From the IMG/VR virus record IMGVR_UViG_3300042540_001399, positions 1 through 64,000 of that record: a stretch of 64,000 nucleotides of DNA. One strand, written 5' to 3'. The notes beneath the pieces were generated by a model that was given only the letters and a program-made list of their open reading frames with translations, did no database searches and was not told the origin of the DNA. Below are positions 39,378-51,210 of this stretch, in pieces. The first letter of the stretch is position 1. Every line of letters begins with the position of its first letter. The translations under genes and the position numbers were made by a program.

Positions 39378-42300
39378 ATGCCTGAAACAAGTTTAAGTTT
39401 TCAAAATAGTGCAACTTTTAGGGATAAGTTAATTGCAAAAACATTACCCCCATATAATGTGTCAGGTTTTTATAGTGCTCCTTTGGGTCCTGTTAATTAT
39501 GAAAAAACCCTATCTGAAATCCCGAACATAAATTCACCTAATATTGGTTCCACTAATGAAGCTGATAATTTTTATGTTTTAAATAAGTACGGACCTAACG
39601 GTGGATTTGTAAATGTTATTGGTACACAACAAGATCCGATTATATCTTCATCAAATGATGGTGAATACAATCCATCAAGTACCAATCTTGACATTGTTAA
39701 TGAATTTTTCATTGATAGTGCATATAACAAAAACAAGTACGGACCGGTTGGGGGATTCAACGAAATGTTTGATGTTACGGAATATACTGTGGCAAATCAA
39801 GTACACCAACCTTATTTTGACCCAATATTTTTTACACCATCAAACTACGATGCTTATTCTTTATATACACAAAACAATCCTGTAGGAAGTGACGGTTCCT
39901 TATCAAGTGATTCATATTTAGCAAGACTTTCTGCCACTAAACTTTCTACTAATTTTGATGCAAGCTCTGCAGCAGAACAAGAAAGACAACTTTTTAGAGA
40001 AACTAATACAAATTTAACTTCACCTTCGGCTTTAGCCGGTAGTGGTTTTGGAGGAAGTAGAGATTATCGAATTACAGTTACTGATAGTAATGTTAGTTTC
40101 TTAGATAGATTAAGAGGGGACTTTAGTCCTTCATCACCTTTAGAAGGACCTTTGTTTATCGATGAAGATACAAATAGAAATCCTACAACAGGAAATCAAA
40201 TCGCAAACGTTTTACAAAATACTGCCGCAGGTTCGTTTAATTTGTTAGCAGACGGCTCGAGTAGATTCTTACAACCATCAAAGGCTCTATTAAGTCAAAC
40301 AGGGGCTGGACAAATTTCTACACTTTATGCATTGTTAAACAAAAACCAATTTAGACCATCTTACCAAATAGGGGGATTAGGAAACGTTGCAATAGCAGGT
40401 GTTAACACTATTTTAAGAAGTGTTGGTGCAGAAATTACAGGGGGTTATTATTTAGGATCTGACGCAAACAACCCTGAATTTATAACATCTCCTGTGAACG
40501 CTGTTCCTGTAAATTCACTTGGAAAACTTACAAATGCTATAGTTTTTGGACCGGATGAAATGGGTAACCAATATGAAGGTATTGGAATGGAACAGGCAAA
40601 ATTTGGATTGAATGGATTTGCAACAGAAAACGGCGGAAAACCTGACGGTGGTTTTGTTTGGACATCACCAAGATTCAAAGACAACGCTGGATTCAAAGTA
40701 AAACAGGGAGGAGATGCGGTATCAGTTGACGATGACTTCAACCAAATCAGTACATCTTACCTATTCAACGAATCAACTAATTTTGGACTTAAACAAGGTT
40801 CAATACTTGATAATACACAAAGATTAGTAAATTCTGCTGACAACCTATTCGGAAAAAGAAGATTAAAACACGCCGGAAATGCTATCAATCAAGTCAGTAA
40901 AGTATTTCATGACGGTTACCGTGAAATAACCAAAGGTTCAAAAATAATGTCATACTTGGATAATTCTACTGGTGAAGAAGCTGGTATTGAATACTGTAGA
41001 GTTTTTACAAAAGACACACCATACTACACATTTAATGACTTACAAAAGTCGGAAGGTATGACAACTCAAAATAGAAGATTTTCATATTCTGTTTTAGATA
41101 GTACATACAATCTTAATATTGCACCTATCAAAGGAATTGGGTCGACAAATGTTACGTCTAAGGGTGCAAAAAAATACATGATATCAATTGAAAACTTGGC
41201 GTGGAGAACTTCTGATAGACCAGGATACACCGTAGATGAACTTCCCCTTTGTGAAAGGGGACCAAACGGTGGTAGAATAATGTGGTTTCCACCATATGAT
41301 GTTGAATTCAGTGATGGAAGTACTGCAAATTTTGATGAAGTTCCTTTTTTAGGTCGACCTGAACCTGTTTATTCTTATAAAAATACAACAAGAGCAGGAA
41401 AACTAGGTTTCAAAATTGTTGTTGACCACCCATCGATCATTAATTTAATTGCAAACAAACAATTAGAAAAATTAGGAAAAGAAAAATTTGATCAAGTAGT
41501 TAAGTCCTTTATTGCGGGTTGTACTAAATACGACTTGTATGAATTAGCGGCTAAATTTAACACACTTCCATTAAGAGAATTGGAAATGTACCAAAACTTA
41601 CTTAATGACCCAAGGTTAACACCGGAAGAACTAGCACAAATCCAAAATGAAATTCCTGCGGAAAATACTTCATCTGAAAACGCTTCGACTATTGGTAATA
41701 CACCTGAAGAAGAAAATAATTTTATTACTAGGTATGAAGGTTTAGGATTCTTTTTTGGGCCAAATACACAAGATTTTAATTTTCAATCTCAATACAACAG
41801 CTATGTTTCGAATGTTGCAACAATTACGGCTAACTGTCCGCCAGCTGTAGAAGTACAAGGAAATACACAGTATGTTTATATTCCTGATGACACAACTTTG
41901 TTTATTAATAAAGTTGTTCAAAATAATTTTGATACAATAAATAATGATTTTGTTGAAGGTGTAAAAAGTATTGTATCAAACAAAAATATTGTTGATATAA
42001 AAATAGAAGGAAAAACACAAGAGTATGCCGATTCGGCAAAAAACTTTTTAACTGAAAAACTTAAATCTGAAATCGACAACAAAAAACTAACAATACAATC
42101 AAGCGGCACTTTAGGTAAAATTACAATAAAGGATTACTCCAATAAAACTAATCCCGTAAACGGTAGTGATTTTTTAACAACACAAACTATAGTAAGTCCT
42201 GCCAATCAACCAACAGTTCCGGCAACATCAATTCCTTATTCCTATCCTAGTTTAGCGGTTAACGCGGCAATTATAAGTAAAATAACAATTGTTGATGATT

Positions 42301-44216
42301 TAAGTGCTCAAGACCCAACAGACGCAAACGATATCAATCAAAGTGCGCCCGATCAAGTTAATTCACAAGCGGTTAAACCACAACCACTTACTGACATTCA
42401 AGAAAGACTTAAACAAGCGATTGGTAAAAAAATAATAAGAAGATTGTTAACAGAATGTGATTACTTCGAATTGTTGAAAGATAGTGATCCTATGGTGTTT
42501 GAAACACTTAAAGACAAATTGAAATTTTTTAATCCTGCTTTCCATTCAATAACACCTGAAGGACTGAACGCAAGATTGACATTTTTAAATCAGTGTGTAA
42601 GACCTGGGCAAACTATACCTGTCATAGGAAGTGATGGTAGACCAAAATATGATGATGCGTTAAACACGTCTTTTGGCGCTCCCCCTGTGTTAGTTATTAG
42701 GGTTGGGGATTTTTATCATACAAAGGCAATACCAGGAAACTTATCAATAACTTATGAAACACCATTCTTTGATATAAACCCTGAAGGTATAGGTATTCAA
42801 CCTATGATTGCTAAAGTAAGTTTAGATTTGAAATTTATAGGTGGTCATGGTTTATCAAGACCTGTAGAATCTTTACAAAATGCTTTGTCTTTTAATTTCT
42901 ACGCAAATACTGAAATGTATGATGAAAGAGCTGAAGAAACTGAATTAAATTATGCCCTACTTGATTTGGTAGATAAAGCAATTGAAAATGCAACACAAAA
43001 TAATGAACAAACAAATGATGGTGGGGAAACAATTGGTACTGTGTTGACTACTGTTAAAAGTGGTGATACTGAAAGTGGTGATATTGATTATACTAAGATT
43101 TACACTCAACTATCTGATCAAACAAAAGAATATATTAATATAAGTACAAACCAATATAGTACTATTGTTGATCAAACAAATTTCAGTATGTTACAACTTA
43201 TTTCTTACGAAAGAAACTACAATTCTGGTTTTACAATTATAAATACCGCAAGCGCGATCGATACTAAAATTTACGGTAAACCAAATGATTATGAAAAAAG
43301 AATTAATAAATTGAGTAGTAAAATTAAAGAAGATATAGACAATGAAACTAATCCTATAATTAAAATTTTTAGAAGTGTTCAGCAAGTAAAAGATCAAGAA
43401 AACATAATCAGGGATACTAAAAGAAAGTTAAAGGCGTATGTTGAAAGTGTTGAAAGGGAAATTATAAGAGATATGGCACAACCCATAAATACTATTGTTG
43501 ATAGTGAACAAAACTTGATTAAAGTTTTCAATAAATTGAATGTTGTAACAACCAAAAAATTAGGTAATGTCCAAACCATTACAGGTATTGACGGAAAAAT
43601 ATTACCTGACGGGAATGTAAAAGTTTATAATTTAACGGGTACCACTTCAGTTTTTGACAAAATGATTACTGATTATTTGCAAATTGCAAAAAACCTAAAT
43701 GATGTTGCAAAACAAAAAAGTGTAAATAAAATTGTCCCGTTACAAAACGAAAAGTTTTATGATAATGAAAAATGTTTTCAAACTTGTGTACCCATGACAG
43801 AACTACCCGATGATGAAGATAAAAGATTTTATACTTTACTTTCTCAAACATTTACAAATAATGATAAATATCAACTTTTATTTATTGAGTTTATTTCTAC
43901 ACCACAGGTAGAACAAATACCAGGGGCTAAGACCGAATTGACAAGTAGGTTTGACGAGTTGAAGAAAAATTTTGACGAAACATATGGAAGGGATAAAGAA
44001 AAAATAAAATCAGATTCTGAAGACCAAGAATTTATTAGATTAAAAGATTTTGTATTGGAGGATAGTACCGATAGAAGATTATTATATAACACTATACCTT
44101 TAAATAACAACGATAGTCTGACCAAAGACAAAAAAACACAAATAAGTCAAATATACAGTCAAACAAACTGGAATAACCAAAAAAATACCTTTGATGGTAA
44201 AGTAAAATTAAATTGA
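39378..44216 (+). CDS. Large baseplate protein containing tube-initiator-like segments
   Basis: WFPPYD..FS......F....FLGRPEPVYSY.NT.R and APPVLVIRVGDFY...LSITYE segments; position after the tape measure gene. Confidence 0.5.
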   Translation: MPETSLSFQNSATFRDKLIAKTLPPYNVSGFYSAPLGPVNYEKTLSEIPNINSPNIGSTNEADNFYVLNKYGPNGGFVNVIGTQQDPIISSSNDGEYNPSSTNLDIVNEFFIDSAYNKNKYGPVGGFNEMFDVTEYTVANQVHQPYFDPIFFTPSNYDAYSLYTQNNPVGSDGSLSSDSYLARLSATKLSTNFDASSAAEQERQLFRETNTNLTSPSALAGSGFGGSRDYRITVTDSNVSFLDRLRGDFSPSSPLEGPLFIDEDTNRNPTTGNQIANVLQNTAAGSFNLLADGSSRFLQPSKALLSQTGAGQISTLYALLNKNQFRPSYQIGGLGNVAIAGVNTILRSVGAEITGGYYLGSDANNPEFITSPVNAVPVNSLGKLTNAIVFGPDEMGNQYEGIGMEQAKFGLNGFATENGGKPDGGFVWTSPRFKDNAGFKVKQGGDAVSVDDDFNQISTSYLFNESTNFGLKQGSILDNTQRLVNSADNLFGKRRLKHAGNAINQVSKVFHDGYREITKGSKIMSYLDNSTGEEAGIEYCRVFTKDTPYYTFNDLQKSEGMTTQNRRFSYSVLDSTYNLNIAPIKGIGSTNVTSKGAKKYMISIENLAWRTSDRPGYTVDELPLCERGPNGGRIMWFPPYDVEFSDGSTANFDEVPFLGRPEPVYSYKNTTRAGKLGFKIVVDHPSIINLIANKQLEKLGKEKFDQVVKSFIAGCTKYDLYELAAKFNTLPLRELEMYQNLLNDPRLTPEELAQIQNEIPAENTSSENASTIGNTPEEENNFITRYEGLGFFFGPNTQDFNFQSQYNSYVSNVATITANCPPAVEVQGNTQYVYIPDDTTLFINKVVQNNFDTINNDFVEGVKSIVSNKNIVDIKIEGKTQEYADSAKNFLTEKLKSEIDNKKLTIQSSGTLGKITIKDYSNKTNPVNGSDFLTTQTIVSPANQPTVPATSIPYSYPSLAVNAAIISKITIVDDLSAQDPTDANDINQSAPDQVNSQAVKPQPLTDIQERLKQAIGKKIIRRLLTECDYFELLKDSDPMVFETLKDKLKFFNPAFHSITPEGLNARLTFLNQCVRPGQTIPVIGSDGRPKYDDALNTSFGAPPVLVIRVGDFYHTKAIPGNLSITYETPFFDINPEGIGIQPMIAKVSLDLKFIGGHGLSRPVESLQNALSFNFYANTEMYDERAEETELNYALLDLVDKAIENATQNNEQTNDGGETIGTVLTTVKSGDTESGDIDYTKIYTQLSDQTKEYINISTNQYSTIVDQTNFSMLQLISYERNYNSGFTIINTASAIDTKIYGKPNDYEKRINKLSSKIKEDIDNETNPIIKIFRSVQQVKDQENIIRDTKRKLKAYVESVEREIIRDMAQPINTIVDSEQNLIKVFNKLNVVTTKKLGNVQTITGIDGKILPDGNVKVYNLTGTTSVFDKMITDYLQIAKNLNDVAKQKSVNKIVPLQNEKFYDNEKCFQTCVPMTELPDDEDKRFYTLLSQTFTNNDKYQLLFIEFISTPQVEQIPGAKTELTSRFDELKKNFDETYGRDKEKIKSDSEDQEFIRLKDFVLEDSTDRRLLYNTIPLNNNDSLTKDKKTQISQIYSQTNWNNQKNTFDGKVKLN

Positions 44217-44217
44217 T

Positions 44218-44541
44218 ATGGCTCTACAATACTTCAATAGATACAATCAGTTTTTGGTAAACGGTGAACAAATTATTGTTCCTTTTGTTAAATTGGATAC
44301 AAAACCTTCAGATAAGAACTATATTTATAAAGTTGGTCAGTCAAGGTTGGACAAGATTTCCCAACAATATTATGGAACTCCTTTTTTTGGCTGGTTAATA
44401 TTGGCCGCAAATCCACAATTTGGTGGAGAAGAATGGAATATTCCTGATGGATCAATTTTAAAAGTACCATTTCCTTTGGTTGGTTCTTTACAAGATTATA
44501 AAAATGCAATAGAAAATTATTATTTTTATTATGGCGATTGA
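44218..44541 (+). CDS. LysM-like baseplate wedge protein (gp53/P2 gpX-like)
   Basis: RLDKISQQYYG....WLILAANP...IPDGSILKVP. Confidence 0.7.
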   Translation: MALQYFNRYNQFLVNGEQIIVPFVKLDTKPSDKNYIYKVGQSRLDKISQQYYGTPFFGWLILAANPQFGGEEWNIPDGSILKVPFPLVGSLQDYKNAIENYYFYYGD

Positions 44542-47500
44542 CAATGAAAATATTTTAGTAGACTTTGATTACCAAAATATCATTATTATTGACCCTAATA
44601 AAATTATTGATAATGATGGAAATGTAAAAGAACGTGCAGTCAAACATGAAAACTTGGTAATGTATGCCAATTTGGAATGTAAAGTTCTACCAAGGACCAA
44701 ATTAATAATTGGTGCAACACCAAATAACACAGACCTACAAACACTATCAATTGCTTCTATCAATTTCCTTAATCCTGGACAAAAAAAATTTTTAGATAAT
44801 AGTTATACAGATCAACATACAGGAAAAGGAACTCTTAAAGGTGAAGGAGTTAATCAACCAAGTCAAACTGCGGTTGTGAACCCTAAAAACTCAAACGAAT
44901 TTTATCTCAACCAAACTTTTTTAAGTGAAGGTAAAAATCAAGTTACTGACACAGGTTTAATGGGTATTAAAAGTATTCGAGTTTCTACAGAAATGAGTTT
45001 GAAAACAATGGTAGATATTTCGTTGGTTGATATTAGAGGTAGGGCATTATTTGAATTGGCCGATGCTTCACCATATGGAGTGTTTTTTCAATTCCCATAT
45101 CCACCATTTACGTTAACAATCAAAGGGTGGTATGGTAAGGCCGTTAGGTACAAACTTCAACTTTTGGATTTCAAAAGTAAGTTTGATGCCGAAACGGGAA
45201 ATTTTAATATTGATTTAAAATTTCAACCATATCAATTTACAGTTATTAATGAAATAAAGTTATCCGATACTCTTGCTTTACCACATATGTATGAGGCTAA
45301 TACAACTTTAGTATCTACGCCGAATACAGTAACACAAAACAATGTTTCTACAAATGCAAAATTAACAAGGGGATATCAAAAAATAAGGGAAGTATATAAG
45401 GAATATAAAAAGAAAAAATTGATTGATGAAAATCTACCTGAGTATACTGTTTATGAATTTAAAGAAAAATTAAAAACGTTTATCACTGATATTCTTAACA
45501 ATTATCAAAATCAAGAATCATTAAGCGCTTTAACAAATTGTGAAGTTTATTTAAACCAATTAAGTGAATTCAAAAACACAATATATTATAATAAAGATTC
45601 ATGGTATAACACAAATTTATATGTACAAGCGCCTATAGTTTTAAGTTCATATACTTCAAATAATACAGTAACATATGTTAAAAACTTCAGGTATAAAAAA
45701 GAAATAGAAGATGATACTGGATTAAAAAATGCTGCTTTTGCAAAATTGAATAGTATTATATCTGAAAATTTAGATAAATTAAGTAAAAACCCGACATTTG
45801 GTACTAGTCAAACCTGTAATTATACTATAAAAGGTGTACCAACTAATTCTAGTATCCCATTGAACATAAGTATAAAGGATTTTTATTATGATAAAACTGA
45901 TAATACTATATTAACAAGTGATCCTATTGATTATAAAATATCGTATCAGTACGCTTATAATACTTCACCAAGTGGAAGTACTGACCCAAATTTTATAAAG
46001 TTTAAAACAGACTTACAAACTTCTTTACCAAGTCAAAGTTACTTTGTTTTTGATGGTATAACCGAAGGGGACAAATCTTTTATAGAAAAAATAAATGATT
46101 TAGAAAAAGAATTAAAAACCAAAAAAACCCAAATTGAAAATGATTTAACAAATGCGCTGAAGGATACCCTTGAATTAAATTTAGGGTTCAAACCCACAAT
46201 TAAAAACATGGCGGGTATTTTGATGGCCAGCGCCGAAGCCTTTTTAAGAATTTTGGATGAAGTACATAAAAACGCATGGAACAAAAGGGATGATCCAACA
46301 AGAAGACGGGCAATACTAGATAGTGTATCAAATAGTGCTTCGGTTGACAGACCTAAAATTGCAAGAGCAAATTCTCCAGTATTTCCATGGCCACAATTTA
46401 TAGTTGAAGACAATTCAAATCCTTCCAAAACAACATATCAAGTTAAATATCCTGGTGACTATCCCGCAGAAACTGGATCAAATGATTATACAATTTGGCC
46501 TGAAGTAGAATTTGTTGAAGAATATTTATACGGGTTTACTCAAAGAAATACCAATACAAACTTTATAACAACTCAAAACCAAAGAATTAATTTACCATAC
46601 ACTTCTTTGAATTCTGTTGAGTACCCACTTACGTTCGAATTGTTTTCAAGTACTGAAGATGTTAAATTTATATATGAAATATATGAAAGGGTTCTTACAT
46701 ACGCTTTTTATTCTAAACTAAACCGACAAGGTAGTGATGAAAATTCTGTGTATAATGTTATCATGGACATGGAAACACAGAATATAAAAAACGCTTTGAG
46801 TACAGATAATCCTTTTCTAATACAACTTCTGAAAAGTTATAATTTTAACGCATTAAATTTTGAATTGATATTAAAACATATTTCAAATGATGGTAACGGT
46901 GAAAGTTGGCAAAACTTCAGAAGGGGTATATATAACACACCATACTTGAAAAGTGTTACAGAAACTCCATTTTATTTATCATCCTTCGAACCACCAACAC
47001 AACCTGTTGTTGGGGATTCTTCTAAAATAACAAGTTTTTTGGCCACAACAAAAAATAATGATTTTGACAACACAGACATTTATCCATATGTAAATGTTGA
47101 TTGGATTAATAAAAACTTGGCGAATTCCCTTAGTGTACAAAATGACGCAAAAAACGCTTTTAACACTAACCAAACTATATTTTATAATACGGATATAGTA
47201 CAGACTGCCAACTTTAAACAAAACAGTGATTCTGATTTTGTAAGACCATTCACGTATTTTTATAAGACAGCACCTTCTGATCCATCTAACACTGTCACAA
47301 GTAGGGACACATTGTATGCTTTATATGAAGATAGAAGTAAAAACTATGATAAACAATATTTCACTGAAGGTAATGTAAATTATATACAGTATGAAAATGA
47401 ACTGTTATATAATCAAACAACTTCATTGTTGAACACACCTTATTTTGCTAATGCAATATCTGTAGGTGTACAGAATTTTAGAAATAAAAATTTGTACCCA

Positions 47501-50500
47501 TACAAGGAGGCGGCATACCTATTTTTAAACTCGTTACCACTAACAACACTTAGGGAAAAATACAAAACTCTTGATGGACCCGCAGTAAAAGAATTGGACT
47601 ACATGTTTGCTGCGTTTAAAAAGTTTGGGTCGGTTCACAGGTTACCATACGCTTGGGTTTTAAAATATGGGTCTATTTGGCACAGATATAAAAATTGGAT
47701 TGAAACAGGATTTGACTTTATGACAACTCCTTGGGACAATTTTAACGCAAACGAAAACTTTGACCCAATAACACAAAATCCCGCAAAAATATATAACTTA
47801 TCTGGTTTTACATCAATATCAAATCAACCTGTTGAAATATCATTACAAAGAGATATAACTTCAGGGTTTTTGACGGCAACCAAAATGGATTTAGGGTTTT
47901 ATCCAAAATTGGCAAATGACTTCAATTTATTTTACAATGGATTAGAACTATATGACACATATACAGATTTAGAAATACAAGAAACTATTGATAGTAAAAA
48001 ATTATATCTGAACTTGTCGGACAATTCCTTACTTAACTATGATTTTGGATTTGATCCGGCAGATCCAAATAGAGCTTTGAATATATCAACCTTGTCAACT
48101 TTAGTAAAGGACGATTTAAGTGGAGACTATTTTATTACACCTTCTTTTGGTTTGAGTTTTAATCAGACAAAATACGAATGTTTTTCAGGGCCCGCAGGAC
48201 AAGAAAAAATTAAGACGGAAGTTAAAAACAATCCCGCGGTGTTCAATGGATCGGTGAGAATGTTTTGGTCAATGCCTAATTATGGATATTTTGACAACAA
48301 TAGATTAGGTATCAATTCACCTGATGAATATCTTAAAAGTATGATTCTTGACAAACCAAACCAAGAAAATTTTTCATTAAACGGTGACATAACAAAGTAC
48401 ACAAAAATCGATGAAGTATTTTCTATTTTTGAAAAAAGAGTTTTGGACCTTTTTGAAGAACACTTTTTAAATTTTTCAAAATGTAAGTACGACTACGTAA
48501 ATATAATTAAAAGACCTGAAGGTAGTCCAGCATCAGAAGATTCTATTTTGATAAAATATAGAAATTTTCAGTTATTGGCAACGGAAATGTTTAGAATTAA
48601 TAAAACAAACTTTTTGACAGAAAATGTAAGTGATGTTGCAATTGAACAGGTTAAGGCAAGCCAGTTAGTTTCAATACATGATTTAATAGAAAAATTTATT
48701 AACTATGATGTTTTATTTGATAATGGTAACCCATCATTTTATAACAAAAGAGTTTTTTACAGTTTAACCAACCTTCCATTAGTTGATAAAATTGTTCCCA
48801 AATCATACTTTGTTGATACACCATATTCACTACCATCATTAAATGGTACCACAACTTTAGCACAATCACAAAATGCTTATCCTGATGAATGGAGAGCCTT
48901 AGAAACATATGTAGGGTTTTCAACCATACCTAATTTAGTTTATACCGATCAAGGTTCATTTATAACAGATTTTTTTATTGATCTAGATATTGCTTTTTCA
49001 GTAGACAATATTCGTGATTTTGCACCAATTATAAAAATATTTGCAACACAAAAGTTAACTGACAATACTTTTAATGAATTCAAACTAAGAAACTACTTAA
49101 TAAATTACTTTGAAAAATGTAATTTGTTTAAGAATAATATTATTAATACTTTGATGCCTGAAGTACTAAAAAGTTTACCAAACCAAATTATTACACCACA
49201 ACCTAACAAGGCAAACTACACAGGTAACATAGGTAGAATTGAAACATGGGAAAAAATAAAGGCACTTAATGACAAGTGGATTGCTGGAAATGATTATAAA
49301 GAAAATTCATTATTTGAAGATTTTTTATTTTTAGATAGAGCGTCAAGAAATATTGGTGGTGAAGTTTATTGTGACGTTGTTCTTTGGAAAGATAAATTGG
49401 AAGAATCAATATTAAAAGTACCTGATCGTCCATTATGGTTGATATTAAGAGAATTAATTGAAGCGTCTGGATTTACTGTTTTGGATTACGCAGGATACGT
49501 AAACTATTATGATGTAAATGATGTTACGGTAAGACCTAATCCATCTAACCAAGGCTCAACTTCCATTGCTAATGACATATTTGGAACTTTTTTGAATGTT
49601 GATTTTAGAAATTCGAAAAGTAAAATAGTTTGTACATTCGCTAACGAAGCTAGTAAAAACTTAGATATCCCTAATAGTGATTTTAGAAACGACGTTTTCC
49701 AACTTAACAGACAATCTGAAAATCCACTTATTGAAAATCAAAGTAAAAAACAAGATTGGGGTCAGTCGAACAAGTTAGTTGCATTCAACTTGGACATCGG
49801 AAGACAAAACCAAGGGGTTTTTACAAGTTTTGATGTAAACATGAATTCGGGTCAAAAAACTGCCGAAGAAATACGGATGTTAGAATATACCGCAAATCAA
49901 GCAGGAGGTATAAATGTAACACCTCAAAGTCAATCTATGTACAATTTTTACAAATATAGAGTTTATACTTGTGACGTTTCTATGTTTGGAAACGCACTTA
50001 TTCAACCAAAAATGTACTTCAATTTGAGAAATGTACCAATGTTTTCGGGACCATATCAAATATTAAATGTTTCTCACACAATTGGAGTTGGAAGTTTCAC
50101 AACAACATTTTCAGGAACAAGACAACCCGTATATGAAATTTCGGCTCAAGATTCTTATTTACAAACTATATATAAAAACTTTGTTACTCCACTATTAAAC
50201 AAGGCGAAAACTAGTACAAGTTCAAACATAACAACAAATATTATTGGACAACAGACATCTAAAATGGCTACTGTAACAGGACCAAATACACCATCATCAT
50301 CTCAGTGTGGTCAAAGTTTGGTGTCACCGTTTGATACTTTTGTTTATAGTGCATCAACACAAACAAGTATTGCAACAAGTACAGTTGTAAGTAATATTAA
50401 AAGTGTTGTTAATTTAATACCTAATAATAATTTACTTACTACAAATCAAAAAATAGCTTTAAGATACATGACATTCATTATTGGATATATTTCTAACTAT

Positions 50501-50938
50501 GATGGTACCACATTTAAGATAGATTCTAATAACTTTGGTAATGTCCCACTTAACCAATCACTATTAGGTGACAACGATACTTATGTAAAAAGTAAAACAA
50601 ACAACTATTTCTGTCAGACTAATTCAAGTAATCAAGTTATTCCTGTTGGATATTTTAATAACGTACAAGACCCAATTTACGTTATTGCTAACAAATTTAT
50701 CAATTTATCTAAATCAGGTGGGGACCCATTCTTGTCTAATCTACAAACAACACAAATATTGGCAAGTAATATACCACAAACAACACTTCAAGAGTTTTCC
50801 AAGTTGTACATCACACAGTGGCCAAATATTGTTGACCAAAATGTTTACAATCAACTACAACCATCTGATAAAGCAACATTGGAATCGAAAATTAAAGCAG
50901 CAATATTATTGGCGAACGCAAATGGTTTGAGTTCTTAA
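44531..50938 (+). CDS. Large baseplate hub-like structural protein
   Basis: Late segment YTCDVSMFGNALIQP...SGPYQILNVSHTI...FTTTFSG resembles hub (gp27/P2 gpD) C-terminal strands; position after the LysM gene. Confidence 0.55.
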   Translation: MAIDNENILVDFDYQNIIIIDPNKIIDNDGNVKERAVKHENLVMYANLECKVLPRTKLIIGATPNNTDLQTLSIASINFLNPGQKKFLDNSYTDQHTGKGTLKGEGVNQPSQTAVVNPKNSNEFYLNQTFLSEGKNQVTDTGLMGIKSIRVSTEMSLKTMVDISLVDIRGRALFELADASPYGVFFQFPYPPFTLTIKGWYGKAVRYKLQLLDFKSKFDAETGNFNIDLKFQPYQFTVINEIKLSDTLALPHMYEANTTLVSTPNTVTQNNVSTNAKLTRGYQKIREVYKEYKKKKLIDENLPEYTVYEFKEKLKTFITDILNNYQNQESLSALTNCEVYLNQLSEFKNTIYYNKDSWYNTNLYVQAPIVLSSYTSNNTVTYVKNFRYKKEIEDDTGLKNAAFAKLNSIISENLDKLSKNPTFGTSQTCNYTIKGVPTNSSIPLNISIKDFYYDKTDNTILTSDPIDYKISYQYAYNTSPSGSTDPNFIKFKTDLQTSLPSQSYFVFDGITEGDKSFIEKINDLEKELKTKKTQIENDLTNALKDTLELNLGFKPTIKNMAGILMASAEAFLRILDEVHKNAWNKRDDPTRRRAILDSVSNSASVDRPKIARANSPVFPWPQFIVEDNSNPSKTTYQVKYPGDYPAETGSNDYTIWPEVEFVEEYLYGFTQRNTNTNFITTQNQRINLPYTSLNSVEYPLTFELFSSTEDVKFIYEIYERVLTYAFYSKLNRQGSDENSVYNVIMDMETQNIKNALSTDNPFLIQLLKSYNFNALNFELILKHISNDGNGESWQNFRRGIYNTPYLKSVTETPFYLSSFEPPTQPVVGDSSKITSFLATTKNNDFDNTDIYPYVNVDWINKNLANSLSVQNDAKNAFNTNQTIFYNTDIVQTANFKQNSDSDFVRPFTYFYKTAPSDPSNTVTSRDTLYALYEDRSKNYDKQYFTEGNVNYIQYENELLYNQTTSLLNTPYFANAISVGVQNFRNKNLYPYKEAAYLFLNSLPLTTLREKYKTLDGPAVKELDYMFAAFKKFGSVHRLPYAWVLKYGSIWHRYKNWIETGFDFMTTPWDNFNANENFDPITQNPAKIYNLSGFTSISNQPVEISLQRDITSGFLTATKMDLGFYPKLANDFNLFYNGLELYDTYTDLEIQETIDSKKLYLNLSDNSLLNYDFGFDPADPNRALNISTLSTLVKDDLSGDYFITPSFGLSFNQTKYECFSGPAGQEKIKTEVKNNPAVFNGSVRMFWSMPNYGYFDNNRLGINSPDEYLKSMILDKPNQENFSLNGDITKYTKIDEVFSIFEKRVLDLFEEHFLNFSKCKYDYVNIIKRPEGSPASEDSILIKYRNFQLLATEMFRINKTNFLTENVSDVAIEQVKASQLVSIHDLIEKFINYDVLFDNGNPSFYNKRVFYSLTNLPLVDKIVPKSYFVDTPYSLPSLNGTTTLAQSQNAYPDEWRALETYVGFSTIPNLVYTDQGSFITDFFIDLDIAFSVDNIRDFAPIIKIFATQKLTDNTFNEFKLRNYLINYFEKCNLFKNNIINTLMPEVLKSLPNQIITPQPNKANYTGNIGRIETWEKIKALNDKWIAGNDYKENSLFEDFLFLDRASRNIGGEVYCDVVLWKDKLEESILKVPDRPLWLILRELIEASGFTVLDYAGYVNYYDVNDVTVRPNPSNQGSTSIANDIFGTFLNVDFRNSKSKIVCTFANEASKNLDIPNSDFRNDVFQLNRQSENPLIENQSKKQDWGQSNKLVAFNLDIGRQNQGVFTSFDVNMNSGQKTAEEIRMLEYTANQAGGINVTPQSQSMYNFYKYRVYTCDVSMFGNALIQPKMYFNLRNVPMFSGPYQILNVSHTIGVGSFTTTFSGTRQPVYEISAQDSYLQTIYKNFVTPLLNKAKTSTSSNITTNIIGQQTSKMATVTGPNTPSSSQCGQSLVSPFDTFVYSASTQTSIATSTVVSNIKSVVNLIPNNNLLTTNQKIALRYMTFIIGYISNYDGTTFKIDSNNFGNVPLNQSLLGDNDTYVKSKTNNYFCQTNSSNQVIPVGYFNNVQDPIYVIANKFINLSKSGGDPFLSNLQTTQILASNIPQTTLQEFSKLYITQWPNIVDQNVYNQLQPSDKATLESKIKAAILLANANGLSS

Positions 50939-50979
50939 ACATTTTACTAAATTGATATATTTATAAATAAACAATTACT

Positions 50980-51207
50980 ATGAGTAACACAAAATTAATT
51001 TTAGACAACTATTTAGGTAAAAATACTAGAATTTCTGAAAAAGACATGGGAGATGGAACTAAACAAGTTTGTGACTTGGATACAAACGAATGTTACGTTT
51101 TAAGAATGAAAGATGGTCTTATAGAAAGAGTAGATAATACTATGAATAAATTTAAAAAAATCCAGGTTGAAACAAAATCAGGAATAAAAACATTATTAAA
51201 CGGTTAA
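50980..51207 (+). CDS. Hypothetical protein
   Basis: 75-aa ORF with the TATTTAT motif 15 nt upstream. Confidence 0.65.
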   Translation: MSNTKLILDNYLGKNTRISEKDMGDGTKQVCDLDTNECYVLRMKDGLIERVDNTMNKFKKIQVETKSGIKTLLNG

Positions 51208-51210
51208 GAA

